Origin: a virus
Lineage: Duplodnaviria > Caudoviricetes
Length of the DNA stretch: 25,909 nucleotides
Reading direction: 5' to 3' (one strand)
Virus record (IMG/VR): IMGVR_UViG_3300037518_000482
Location: 1-25,909 of that record
The position numbers and the translations under genes are program-made. The notes below the pieces were generated by a model. It made no database searches. It was not told the DNA's origin and saw only the letters and a list, made by a program, of their open reading frames with translations. Below, one piece after another: positions 8,751-16,815 of the stretch (positions are counted from its first letter, which is position 1; each line of letters begins with the position of its first letter).

Positions 8751-9239
8751 CTACCAGCGACCCTTGGCCCTTCGCCCAAGCACTTGGCTCAGGCGATGGA
8801 CCCCTGGTTTGCTGGGAGCGTCGTCGGGCACCGTGCGAGACGGCGCGTGCTGCAACGACAGCCGAGTGGCTCCGCCGCGGCGCGCGGCCTCCACGATGAC
8901 GGGCCGGCCGACCTCGCGCAGCATTATCTTCAGGCTGTCAGCCACAACGCGCCCGCCAGACATCATCATCCTGTCTGCGTCGTAGAGTTGCTCGAACGTG
9001 GCCAACTCCAGCGACCCCACAAACGCGATCAGCTGTTCCCAGGTCGACGACCCGCGACCGGCCTCATCCTCGACCGCGGTCATCATCAGCCGTGCCCAGG
9101 TGTCCGCGCACCAAACCGTGGTCCGCCCGAGGGCCACGCAGTGACCCCGCCAACTGTCTGGAATTCCTTCCAAGGCACGGCCGCGACTCTGGTCCATCGG
9201 CCACGGGAATTTTGCCTTGGGTTTGGTCTTGGTGCTCAT
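8751..9239 (-). CDS. hypothetical protein
   Basis: ATG at 9239 in ATGA overlap with the upstream gene. Confidence 0.6.
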   Translation of the reverse strand: MSTKTKPKAKFPWPMDQSRGRALEGIPDSWRGHCVALGRTTVWCADTWARLMMTAVEDEAGRGSSTWEQLIAFVGSLELATFEQLYDADRMMMSGGRVVADSLKIMLREVGRPVIVEAARRGGATRLSLQHAPSRTVPDDAPSKPGVHRLSQVLGRRAKGRW

Positions 9240-9583
9240 GAGCTCGGTGCTTTCGAAACGTGCGTACGGACGCAACCCTCAAACGACGTAGGACTGGACA
9301 CGTCGCGGCGACAATACGGGCAGCGCTTGATCCCCGCGATGATGTCGCGGACCACGCTGCACGCAGCCGCGATCGACTCCGCGTTGGGATCGTGGTGCCT
9401 ATCAGCTTTGGCCACGTTTTGGTGATCGATGACCTCGCGCAGTGCGGCGTCCGAAGATGGGACTCCCATCTCGACATCGGCCAGAAGGTCGAACAACAGG
9501 GCGCGCAGTTCGCCGCGCGGCACGCTGCCGTGAACGAACCGTCGCGCATCACTCAGATCCTCGTTGGAGATGCGGTCCTTCAT
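9236..9583 (-). CDS. hypothetical protein with C-terminal CxxC...C..H Zn motif
   Basis: MKDRISNEDL...CPYC...EGCVRTH; ATGA-coupled. Confidence 0.6.
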   Translation of the reverse strand: MKDRISNEDLSDARRFVHGSVPRGELRALLFDLLADVEMGVPSSDAALREVIDHQNVAKADRHHDPNAESIAAACSVVRDIIAGIKRCPYCRRDVSSPTSFEGCVRTHVSKAPSS

Positions 9584-9899
9584 GGGCTTGGTGCTTTCGG
9601 GTCGAGCGGGAAGAACCCGATGTTGTTCATGGCGAGCAAGTCGTGCTCGTACAGCCACAGGGCCGCCTTGAATACTACACGACAGCCCGCGCCATGTCCC
9701 CGCGGCTGATGCTCGCCGTCCACCCGCGCCCCACGTGCCGCTGCTCGTAGTGCATGCGCCGGTAGAACGGCGACCGCTCGAGGTCGGCGATCGACGCGAA
9801 CGAGTCGAGGTCCCGCCTGGCCGCAAGGCTCTCCGCGGTCATGTGCACGGCCTCGCCGCCGTGACTTCGGGGCTTCGTCGGGAGGATCTGGGCACCCAT
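9580..9899 (-). pseudogene. hypothetical gene, probably frameshifted (about 106 aa if restored)
   Basis: GGAGGT RBS and ORF 9675..9899. The -1 frame (...VVFKAALWLYEHDLLAMNNIGFFPLDPKAPSP) ends in ATGA overlap at 9580-9583. Confidence 0.45.
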
Positions 9900-10019
9900 G
9901 CTACTTACCTCCGTGGTCAGGGTTAGGTGGAATCCTCGGCAAATAGTGAAGTAATGTGGCGAGGATGGCCGCGAGCATCGGCGGCCTGACGATGTGGGCG
10001 CTAAATTCGAGTACGCGGC

Positions 10020-10508
10020 TCATGACTTTGCCTCCGTGACCTCGTCGCCCCTTGGGGTCGGCAACGAAAGGCCGTGCCGGCGCGCGATCTCCAGGCAGAC
10101 TTTGCAGGTCGGCTTGCGCTCCGGGTGCGAGTAGAGACCCCAGAACTTTTGAGCCGGCTTGCACAACGCGTCGCCAGCCGCTCGCCGCAGCCGGCCACTC
10201 ACGAGGTCGGTCGACACCACGAGGTGGTCAGATCCGGCCGCGTTGCCAGCGTCGCGCGGGTGATAGGCACCGTACACCGTGAGGGCAACGACGTTCTTCG
10301 CTGCCTTGCGCGGAGCAGCTGACTGGACCGTCGGCTGGACCCCCAGAGCGATTACAACACCCGAACCGGCACACATCAGCGTGTTCGTGGACCAGGCGGC
10401 CTTGGATCGTCGATGGTCTCCGAACCGTCCGTCCGCGCCGACCCTGACACGACGCCCGCACTCGTGACACTTGCGTATCACCGCATTGACTTCTATTGGC
10501 TCGCCCAT
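10020..10508 (-). CDS. protein with two putative Zn-binding modules
   Basis: CHEC..H..CAGSG and H..ALC..TCKVC; lies directly downstream of a clear promoter. Confidence 0.7.
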   Translation of the reverse strand: MGEPIEVNAVIRKCHECGRRVRVGADGRFGDHRRSKAAWSTNTLMCAGSGVVIALGVQPTVQSAAPRKAAKNVVALTVYGAYHPRDAGNAAGSDHLVVSTDLVSGRLRRAAGDALCKPAQKFWGLYSHPERKPTCKVCLEIARRHGLSLPTPRGDEVTEAKS

Positions 10509-10516
10509 TGCGGTGA

Positions 10517-10545
10517 ACCTTACAACGGTTATTTTCTGGCGTCAA
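10517..10545 (-). promoter_or_regulatory. sigma70-type promoter, near-leaderless
   Basis: TTGACG-17 nt-TAAGGT; ATG (10508) 8 nt downstream with no SD sequence. Confidence 0.7.
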
Positions 10546-10552
10546 GCACTCG

Positions 10553-11125
10553 CTAGCTGAACAACTCGGCCAGCGTATCCGGCCCGTCGATCGTGCTCGT
10601 GTCGATCGTGAACGGCGGGGCCACTCCGTCGTGCGCGATCAGGAAGTACTGGCATCCCTTCGGCCGCGCGCGCTCGTTCAGGACCGTGAAGTACGCGATG
10701 GCGTCTTCGGCGTCGGTATCCAGAAACGTGAACTCGGCCGAGCACGGCGCGTACTCGACCGAGGTGAACGACTGGCCGACGTCCAGTAGCGCCGTCGCCA
10801 CCGCGCCAACCACTGCGGGCGTGAGGCGGGCGAAAGTGGCTGGCAGCAGGGCGATCAGGACGTTGCGGTATCGGCCTTCAGTCCAGCCGTCCGGTTGCAG
10901 GTACTGGAGCTCAGCGCCGCGCTCCGTGAGCTGAACGCCCTCGGCGGTCATGACCGACGTCCGCCACCGGGTCAGCCACAGCGCCTCGAGGACGTCGCGG
11001 ACCATCTGCACGAGCACGTTGCGACGCGCGATCCAGTACGGGTCCTGGAGCAGCGCCGGGCGAAAAGTCTCGTTCCACAGCTGCTCGGGGTCGATCGGAT
11101 TGTCGCCGTAGACTGGATCGGTCAC
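10553..11125 (-). CDS. baseplate wedge protein (Mu gp48/P2 gpI-like)
   Basis: Immediately follows baseplate J; TAEGVQLTERG...WTEGRYR and RARPKGC motifs. Confidence 0.65.
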   Translation of the reverse strand: MTDPVYGDNPIDPEQLWNETFRPALLQDPYWIARRNVLVQMVRDVLEALWLTRWRTSVMTAEGVQLTERGAELQYLQPDGWTEGRYRNVLIALLPATFARLTPAVVGAVATALLDVGQSFTSVEYAPCSAEFTFLDTDAEDAIAYFTVLNERARPKGCQYFLIAHDGVAPPFTIDTSTIDGPDTLAELFS

Positions 11126-11131
11126 CCGGTC

Positions 11132-11141
11132 AATCTACCAC
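11132..11141 (-). promoter_or_regulatory. GTGGTAGATT extended -10 motif
   Basis: 6 nt upstream of GTG 11125; one of four copies. Confidence 0.65.
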
Positions 11142-11168
11142 CGCGCACCTGTGTCCGCGTGCCGTCCC

Positions 11169-12350
11169 CTAGACGTTGTTGATTGTGATCCGGCCAGCGG
11201 CGAACACGAGCAGATCTCGCACTTCGGCCACCACTGTCGTGGCCGCCGGCGGATTCCCGAGGCCGATGAACGCCGGAGAAATGTTCGAAATTCCTGGCAC
11301 CTCGGGAGTGAACATGGCGCGCGCCATGACCTGCGCCGCGGTAGCATCCTCCCCGACCTTGCGCCCTGCAGCCCAAAGCAGAATCCACGCCTTGATCGCA
11401 TCTCGCCGCGCGTCCTTGGCCGCAGTGCTGGTGTCCAGCGAGTACCCCTCGCCCCGCTCAAGCGTTAGCTCGACCCAAACGTCGACCTCGTTCGGCTGAG
11501 AGTAGCTGATGTCGATCGTGCCGCTCGGCGTGAAGTCGTCGGGGATCGTCTCCGTGGTCGTGCCGAGCAGTTGCACCGTGTAAGTCCGCGATGCTTGCAA
11601 AGCCGTTGCGATCTCCACGCTGTCGCCACCCTGGACCAGAGGCTCGAGCCAGTGAGTGAGGCCCCAGTAGGAGTCTGGCGTATCGGTGGGGTTCTCAAAC
11701 AGCTTCACCGACGTGACATCACCGACCGCAGCCAGTGCGGCGCCAATGAATTGGCCGGTGACGCTGTCGGTAAAGCGCTGGCGATACTCGAGACCTGTCT
11801 CTGCGAGCCGACCTTTGGTCGCGGCGGCTACGTTCGGTCCGGTGGTAATCCAGCCCAGCACCGGCGTAGCGATGTTCCACGTTGACGCGTCCGCTGCGGT
11901 CTTCGGGCCCACAGTCGAGAATGCGAATGTCCCGTCGTCCGGGATCACGACTGGCGCCTGAAGCACCCACGTAGTCGCACCTGCGCCGTCGGAGTCCAGT
12001 CGCACAGCCGAGCCCGCGGGGACGTTCGTGAGCGCAACCCCGGCAAGCGGCAGCACGACCGTGCTCGAGGAGTCTGGTTGGGGCGGGCCGATGAACGGGT
12101 ACAGCAGATTACGGAGGCTGGCCCCTTCACTGGACCCCACGTAGTTCGACGCGTAGGTCCCGGCCGCGTCGCTCCAAACGTCGAACAGGATGCGCGCCGT
12201 GGTCTTGGCAGCGTCCAGGTCCGGGGACGCCTGGGTCTGATCGATGATGATGCCGGTCTCGGTGAACCAGTAGTCGACGTACGTTTGCTGGATCTCCGCA
12301 AGCGTGGGCGAGACGAACCCTAGCGTGGTGTCGAAACCGTAGGCTGGCAC
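11169..12350 (-). CDS. baseplate J/gp47-like protein
   Basis: YGFDTTLGFVSPTLAEI, VPAGS, IATPVLGW, GRLAETGLEYRQR, LFENPTD; GTG 12350 preferred as start. Confidence 0.85.
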   Translation of the reverse strand: MPAYGFDTTLGFVSPTLAEIQQTYVDYWFTETGIIIDQTQASPDLDAAKTTARILFDVWSDAAGTYASNYVGSSEGASLRNLLYPFIGPPQPDSSSTVVLPLAGVALTNVPAGSAVRLDSDGAGATTWVLQAPVVIPDDGTFAFSTVGPKTAADASTWNIATPVLGWITTGPNVAAATKGRLAETGLEYRQRFTDSVTGQFIGAALAAVGDVTSVKLFENPTDTPDSYWGLTHWLEPLVQGGDSVEIATALQASRTYTVQLLGTTTETIPDDFTPSGTIDISYSQPNEVDVWVELTLERGEGYSLDTSTAAKDARRDAIKAWILLWAAGRKVGEDATAAQVMARAMFTPEVPGISNISPAFIGLGNPPAATTVVAEVRDLLVFAAGRITINNV

Positions 12351-12357
12351 GGCTGCC

Positions 12358-12367
12358 AACCTACCAC
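12358..12367 (-). promoter_or_regulatory. GTGGTAGGTT extended -10 motif
   Basis: 7 nt upstream of GTG 12350. Confidence 0.65.
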
Positions 12368-12394
12368 AGCAGCATGTGCGAGGTCAGACGGAGG

Positions 12395-12757
12395 TCAGGC
12401 AGCGACGGCGACTGGCCCATCAACCGTGTTCGCCGTCACCGTGATCGCATAGGTCGTGCCATCGAACGCCACGACCGGGCCGGCGAGGATGCCCGTCACG
12501 CCGGGGTAGCCGAGCACGACCTCGGCTACGAGTGCGCTCCGCTCCGCGTCGGACGTTGACGGCGACAATATCTCCTCGATGTCCAGTCCCTGGCTGACCC
12601 CCATTCGGTAGGTCCCCTGGATCGTGCTGAGCAACTCCCACAGTCCCACGCGGATCTCGTCGCGGCGCGTCGTCGTGTAGCGCGTGGGCTGGAACGTCCG
12701 GCCGGGCGGCGCCCCGTCAACCGTGATGTCGCGCGTGTTGATGTCGATGACCGGCAC
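12395..12757 (-). CDS. gp25/gpW-like sheath initiator (baseplate wedge)
   Basis: About 120 aa upstream of baseplate J; LSTIQGTY...GLD...VLGYPGVTGI...TVTANTVDG pattern. Confidence 0.7.
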   Translation of the reverse strand: MPVIDINTRDITVDGAPPGRTFQPTRYTTTRRDEIRVGLWELLSTIQGTYRMGVSQGLDIEEILSPSTSDAERSALVAEVVLGYPGVTGILAGPVVAFDGTTYAITVTANTVDGPVAVAA

Positions 12758-12763
12758 CACCGC

Positions 12764-12773
12764 AAATTACCAC
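12764..12773 (-). promoter_or_regulatory. GTGGTAATTT extended -10 motif
   Basis: 6 nt upstream of GTG 12757. Confidence 0.65.
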
Positions 12774-12786
12774 AGGGTCGCGACCA

Positions 12787-13200
12787 CTAGGCCGTGACCG
12801 CAGCGCGGTCTCGGTAGACCAGTCGCACGGTGGTGCCAGGGTCCAAGTCGTTGCGCCCCGGGTCTCGCCCTGCGCCCGTGTAATCCCACGAGAGCAGTTG
12901 ACCGAGGCCGCGCCCTGGAAACCTAACGTCACCGCGAAACCCATGCAGCACATTTACCCCGTGCCGAAGGATCTGGCCGGAGATAATCAGCGTGCCGTCT
13001 GCCTGCGCGAGCGACAAGGTCCAAACGCCGGGCTCACCAAACACGAGCTCGGGCGGCGGGTCGCCCTCATCGTAGAACGGGACCCGAGCCGCGCCGGCCA
13101 GCCAGAACAGACCCACGCGGTACTCCACGCCGTCGAGCAGTTGGCGTGTGTTGGATCCGAGCTCGCCCGCGATCGCTGGGTTGATGTCGACGACGGGCAT
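12787..13200 (-). CDS. phage baseplate plug-like protein
   Basis: LDGVEYRVGLFW...WTLSL..ADG..IISG..L..GVN.L...DPGRNDL...LVY pattern and position. Confidence 0.7.
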   Translation of the reverse strand: MPVVDINPAIAGELGSNTRQLLDGVEYRVGLFWLAGAARVPFYDEGDPPPELVFGEPGVWTLSLAQADGTLIISGQILRHGVNVLHGFRGDVRFPGRGLGQLLSWDYTGAGRDPGRNDLDPGTTVRLVYRDRAAVTA

Positions 13201-13207
13201 CGCTGGG

Positions 13208-13217
13208 AAGGTACCAC
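13208..13217 (-). promoter_or_regulatory. GTGGTACCTT extended -10 motif
   Basis: 7 nt upstream of ATG 13200. Confidence 0.65.
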
Positions 13218-13221
13218 GGGA

Positions 13222-13830
13222 CTACGGCCACACGTTCGCGCCGATCTCAGCCGACGCTTCCGCGCCGACACCCGTGGTCGACTGGCGTCCGCGCTCGGCT
13301 GGGCTCCCAACCACGTCAACGAGCTCATCGCCGACGTCGGGCGCTGCGCTCGTGAATGCCGTGGTGAAGCGCGCCGACTCGCCAAACATGAGGGTGGCGT
13401 GGAGAACCCCCGACTCGGTCCCCGACAGATGCGGACCATCGATATCGTCCAGCACCCAGACGCCTATCCCCGCAGGGGTGCGTTCGTAGTGTTCGCCTGT
13501 CCACACCCGTAGTTCGCCGTCGTGAGCCTGCGCGGCGAGCAGGCGCTCCGCAGTCTTGGCTGAGTGGTCGGTCTCCCATCGGCCGATGAGAAACGCGCCG
13601 AAGTGGGGCTCCACGTCGCTGCACTGGATCTCGATCGTCAGCGTCTCGGGCACGCGGAGGCGGTGTGTCGTGAGCGATTCGCCAGCCTCGAGCGAGTCCT
13701 CGGTGCGCTCCCACTTGCTGCTCCGCTTGATGGTCAGGATCGAGTCAAGGTGCACGTCGATCTCAGGTCCCCCGGCCGAGAGGATGCGACCGGGCTTGCC
13801 TACGGAGCCGAGTTTGCTGGGAATGGGCAT
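13222..13830 (-). CDS. Dit-like baseplate/tube initiator protein
   Basis: TEDSLEAGESLTTH...PETLTIE..CSD motif and C-terminal RGRQ. Confidence 0.7.
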   Translation of the reverse strand: MPIPSKLGSVGKPGRILSAGGPEIDVHLDSILTIKRSSKWERTEDSLEAGESLTTHRLRVPETLTIEIQCSDVEPHFGAFLIGRWETDHSAKTAERLLAAQAHDGELRVWTGEHYERTPAGIGVWVLDDIDGPHLSGTESGVLHATLMFGESARFTTAFTSAAPDVGDELVDVVGSPAERGRQSTTGVGAEASAEIGANVWP

Positions 13831-13832
13831 GG

Positions 13833-14573
13833 CTATTGGATCTCCACTTTGGTCGTCTCCAGGGTCGGTCGCAGGACCTCGTACACCGCCTTGAAGGCGG
13901 AGTGGATTGCTACGCCGCCATCGTTCGGCACGGGCACAGCGTTGGAAAACGCGTCAAGGGCATCAAGCAGCTCCGCCTTGATGCCCTTGCTTGTCGCGGC
14001 TGCGCCGAGTTTGATAGTTTGTCCGTCGGCAGGCTCGACCACGATGGACCCGGATGCCTCCATACTGATCGATGCCACGGGCGTTCCTTGCTTGGTCAGG
14101 GTCAGCGCGCCGACCGAGTCCAACTCGATCGCCACGCCGGCTGGTCCGCCGATCGCCAGCCCGGCCCACGTCTCCGGGGCACCGCTTGGCGCCGTGATCC
14201 CGAACGGCACCGCGAGCATGTCGTGCAGCACATGTGACCGCGCGCCGTTCACTTCGTCGACCTGGCCAGGCGTGCGAGTCGTGATCCATGGCCCAGTCGC
14301 CCGGTCCGCCACGAGCCCCAGCACCTCATCGCCAGCGGCCACCGGCATGAGCACGAAGAACCCGCCGCCCGTCATGTTGAGCATCGGCGTGTCCGGGGTG
14401 ATGTCCGTCGGTGCTGCCTCGCCAGCGACCAGGTCTGGCGTCGCGCTCTGGACGTCGACCATCTGCTCGCGTGCGCTCGACGTTGCGACCGAGTTCACCA
14501 CCCCGGGAACGATCGTGCGCAGCCGATACATGATCGACTCGCGCCATCGGATCATGTCTTCGACCCACCTCAT
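13833..14573 (-). CDS. Gp138-family baseplate spike protein
   Basis: TIVPGVV, VDVQ, GGGFFVLMPVAAGDEVLGLVADR, RSHVLHD..AVP (Gp138 N-terminal OB domain). Confidence 0.85.
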   Translation of the reverse strand: MRWVEDMIRWRESIMYRLRTIVPGVVNSVATSSAREQMVDVQSATPDLVAGEAAPTDITPDTPMLNMTGGGFFVLMPVAAGDEVLGLVADRATGPWITTRTPGQVDEVNGARSHVLHDMLAVPFGITAPSGAPETWAGLAIGGPAGVAIELDSVGALTLTKQGTPVASISMEASGSIVVEPADGQTIKLGAAATSKGIKAELLDALDAFSNAVPVPNDGGVAIHSAFKAVYEVLRPTLETTKVEIQ

Positions 14574-16813
14574 CCCTCGGGCCCCGGTGAGACACGTCCG
14601 CCAGCGTCTGCTTTGAGCAATTGCCCGATGCGCAGGTCCATCATCTTGTCAAACAGGTCTTGCACGCGCGTGGCCAAGTCGCCAAGCCCAGCCTCGGCGG
14701 CAGCTTTCCCGGCGGCTCCTGTGACCTCCGCAAGTGCGTCGCGTCCCGCGAGCTCCCCGATCGTCTGGTTGAACGTGTCGATCATCGTGATGTGGATCTG
14801 CGGCGCGATCATGAGGTTCTGCGGCGGCGGCCGGCCCTCAAGGACGGACCCGGGACCGCGTAGTCCGAGCACGTCCAGGATGTTGTTGGCGCTCGCGTCG
14901 AAGACCTTTCCTGCGGCGAGGAACTTTTGCTTGAGTTCTTCCTCGCGCTTCTTGCCGGCCTCGCGCGATTGGGCAAGTGCTTCCTCGAACGTGATGCCTT
15001 CTTGCACCAAGCGCTGGAGTTCTTCGCCTGCGAACTTCTCGGATTGCGAGCGCGCCGCCGAGGATGCTTCCTTCTCGAAATCAAAGAATACATCCTCCTC
15101 TTTCTTTTTCCCCTTTTTCCTTATCTTGCCGCCGGACCCTAGCCGCTTGCGCTCTTGCTGTTCGGCCTCAACGCCCACCAGGCTCGCTTGTTTTTTTGCT
15201 GCGTCCTCTGGCATCCCAGCGTCGAGAAGCCGCTTGAATTCTTTTTGTGATGCCTCTTCGCCGACCCCTTGCGCCGCCTTGTCAAGCGGGGCCGATGGGT
15301 CGAAGCGCTGCTCATCTTTCTGGCGCTGTTTTTCTTTCTTGTCAGCCTGCTCTGAACTGCGGCGATCCTGTTCCTTTTTTGCCGCGTCGCGGGCCGCCTG
15401 CGGAAGGCTCTGATTTTCAGCGACTTGCGCGAGTTCTTCGTCTGTTAGTGTCCCGGCAATCGCCCCAGTAACGGCGCGCTTGATCGCCGCAAGAGCCGCC
15501 TGCGCTTTTACCCGTAATCCATCGAGGACGGCGCCCGTTTCTTCGGCCTCGGCATTTAGAAATCCGAACGCCTCGCCTATCCCACGAATGCCATCGCTTA
15601 GCGGCGTCGTGATTAGGAGCGCTTTACCAATGGCATCAAGCGCCGCGAGCACGCGGTCTGTTACCTCGACCGCAGAATCCAGCATGCCGACCAGCGCTTT
15701 CCACAGCCATATGAGAGGCTGCAAAGCACGTGCGACCAACTCCATCACGTTGACGAGCAACTCAAACCCGTCCGTCACGTCCTGGGGATCCAAGTCTTTC
15801 AGCGCGTTGCGCATCAACGTGAAGATCTTGTCGAGCGCCTGCCCGAGCAATTGAGCATTGCGCGGGTTTATGAACTTCTCCTGTAGGAGTGCCAGGATCT
15901 CGCCGGTCCGCTCCAGCGGACCAGACTGCGCTGCCGTGTTGAGAAACTGCGAGAGCGAGTCCTGGGCGTTCGACAACTGCCCGGCCAGCGTCTTGCTCTG
16001 TGCTTCCATGGCGCCAGCGATGCCGGGGTACTGGCCGAACTTCGTGAGCAGATCCGTGATCGCTTCGGCGTTTTTCTCGACAGCGAATTTCTGGCCCTTG
16101 AATGAGACTATGATCTTGTCGCCCGCCGTCTTCGCCGATAGACCGTATTTCTCCAGCGGGTCGAGTTCGCCACGCGCAGCGGCGGAGATCGCGTCTGTGA
16201 TTGACTGGAGATCACCGCCGAATGACGACGCCAAATCACCGAGTCCGGTGAGTCGTGCCGCGGTCGGATCTACGCCGCGCGTCGTCAAATCAATAAATGC
16301 CTTCGTCACTTGCTGCAGTGAAAACGGGGTCTTGGCGGCAAACCCCTGAATGAATTTGAAAGCTTTGGCGCCGGCCTCGGAAGACTGGAGCAGGTTGTCG
16401 AGTCGCGACTGTAGCGACTCGAACTCCATGCCCGTTTTGAGCACGGGCACAGCCACAACAGCGAAAGCAGCAGCAGCAGCAGCAGCAGCGACCGCGGCGA
16501 ATTTAGCTACGTTCGCAGCCTTGCGCATGCTCCCGCTGAGATCACCGAATCCGCGTGAGCTTCGCTTGGCACCGGCGCCGGCCGCGTTGACCTTCGCGGC
16601 CGCCTTCTGGGTCTCGTCGCCCGCTGACGCCTGTGCACGGGCCGTGACCTCGGCCGCGCGCGCAGCCTTCAACTGCTGCTGCGCGAGCATGGCCCAGGAT
16701 TTCGCCGTGCGAGCCGCGGTCTTACCCGCCGCATTGGCTGCCTTGTCCGCCTCACGAAAGCCCTTCGCGTTGAACTTCGTGACGATCGAAAAGATGAACT
16801 TGCGGATCTCCAT
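14570..16813 (-). CDS. tape measure protein (747 aa)
   Basis: FAAKTPFSLQQVTKAF, LGDLAS, AGAMEAQSKTLAGQLSNAQDS; Ala-rich and helical; follows the chaperones. Confidence 0.9.
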   Translation of the reverse strand: MEIRKFIFSIVTKFNAKGFREADKAANAAGKTAARTAKSWAMLAQQQLKAARAAEVTARAQASAGDETQKAAAKVNAAGAGAKRSSRGFGDLSGSMRKAANVAKFAAVAAAAAAAAFAVVAVPVLKTGMEFESLQSRLDNLLQSSEAGAKAFKFIQGFAAKTPFSLQQVTKAFIDLTTRGVDPTAARLTGLGDLASSFGGDLQSITDAISAAARGELDPLEKYGLSAKTAGDKIIVSFKGQKFAVEKNAEAITDLLTKFGQYPGIAGAMEAQSKTLAGQLSNAQDSLSQFLNTAAQSGPLERTGEILALLQEKFINPRNAQLLGQALDKIFTLMRNALKDLDPQDVTDGFELLVNVMELVARALQPLIWLWKALVGMLDSAVEVTDRVLAALDAIGKALLITTPLSDGIRGIGEAFGFLNAEAEETGAVLDGLRVKAQAALAAIKRAVTGAIAGTLTDEELAQVAENQSLPQAARDAAKKEQDRRSSEQADKKEKQRQKDEQRFDPSAPLDKAAQGVGEEASQKEFKRLLDAGMPEDAAKKQASLVGVEAEQQERKRLGSGGKIRKKGKKKEEDVFFDFEKEASSAARSQSEKFAGEELQRLVQEGITFEEALAQSREAGKKREEELKQKFLAAGKVFDASANNILDVLGLRGPGSVLEGRPPPQNLMIAPQIHITMIDTFNQTIGELAGRDALAEVTGAAGKAAAEAGLGDLATRVQDLFDKMMDLRIGQLLKADAGGRVSPGPEG

Positions 16814-16815
16814 GA

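Noticed and set aside
7941-9425. 494-aa + strand ORF
   Set aside because: Antisense shadow of three minus-strand genes including mom; no motifs; long shadow ORFs are expected in high-GC DNA.
13564-14616. 350-aa + strand ORF (similarly 14613..15413, 16350..17168, 22603..23562)
   Set aside because: Shadow frames of structural genes with Ser/Ala/Arg-biased composition.
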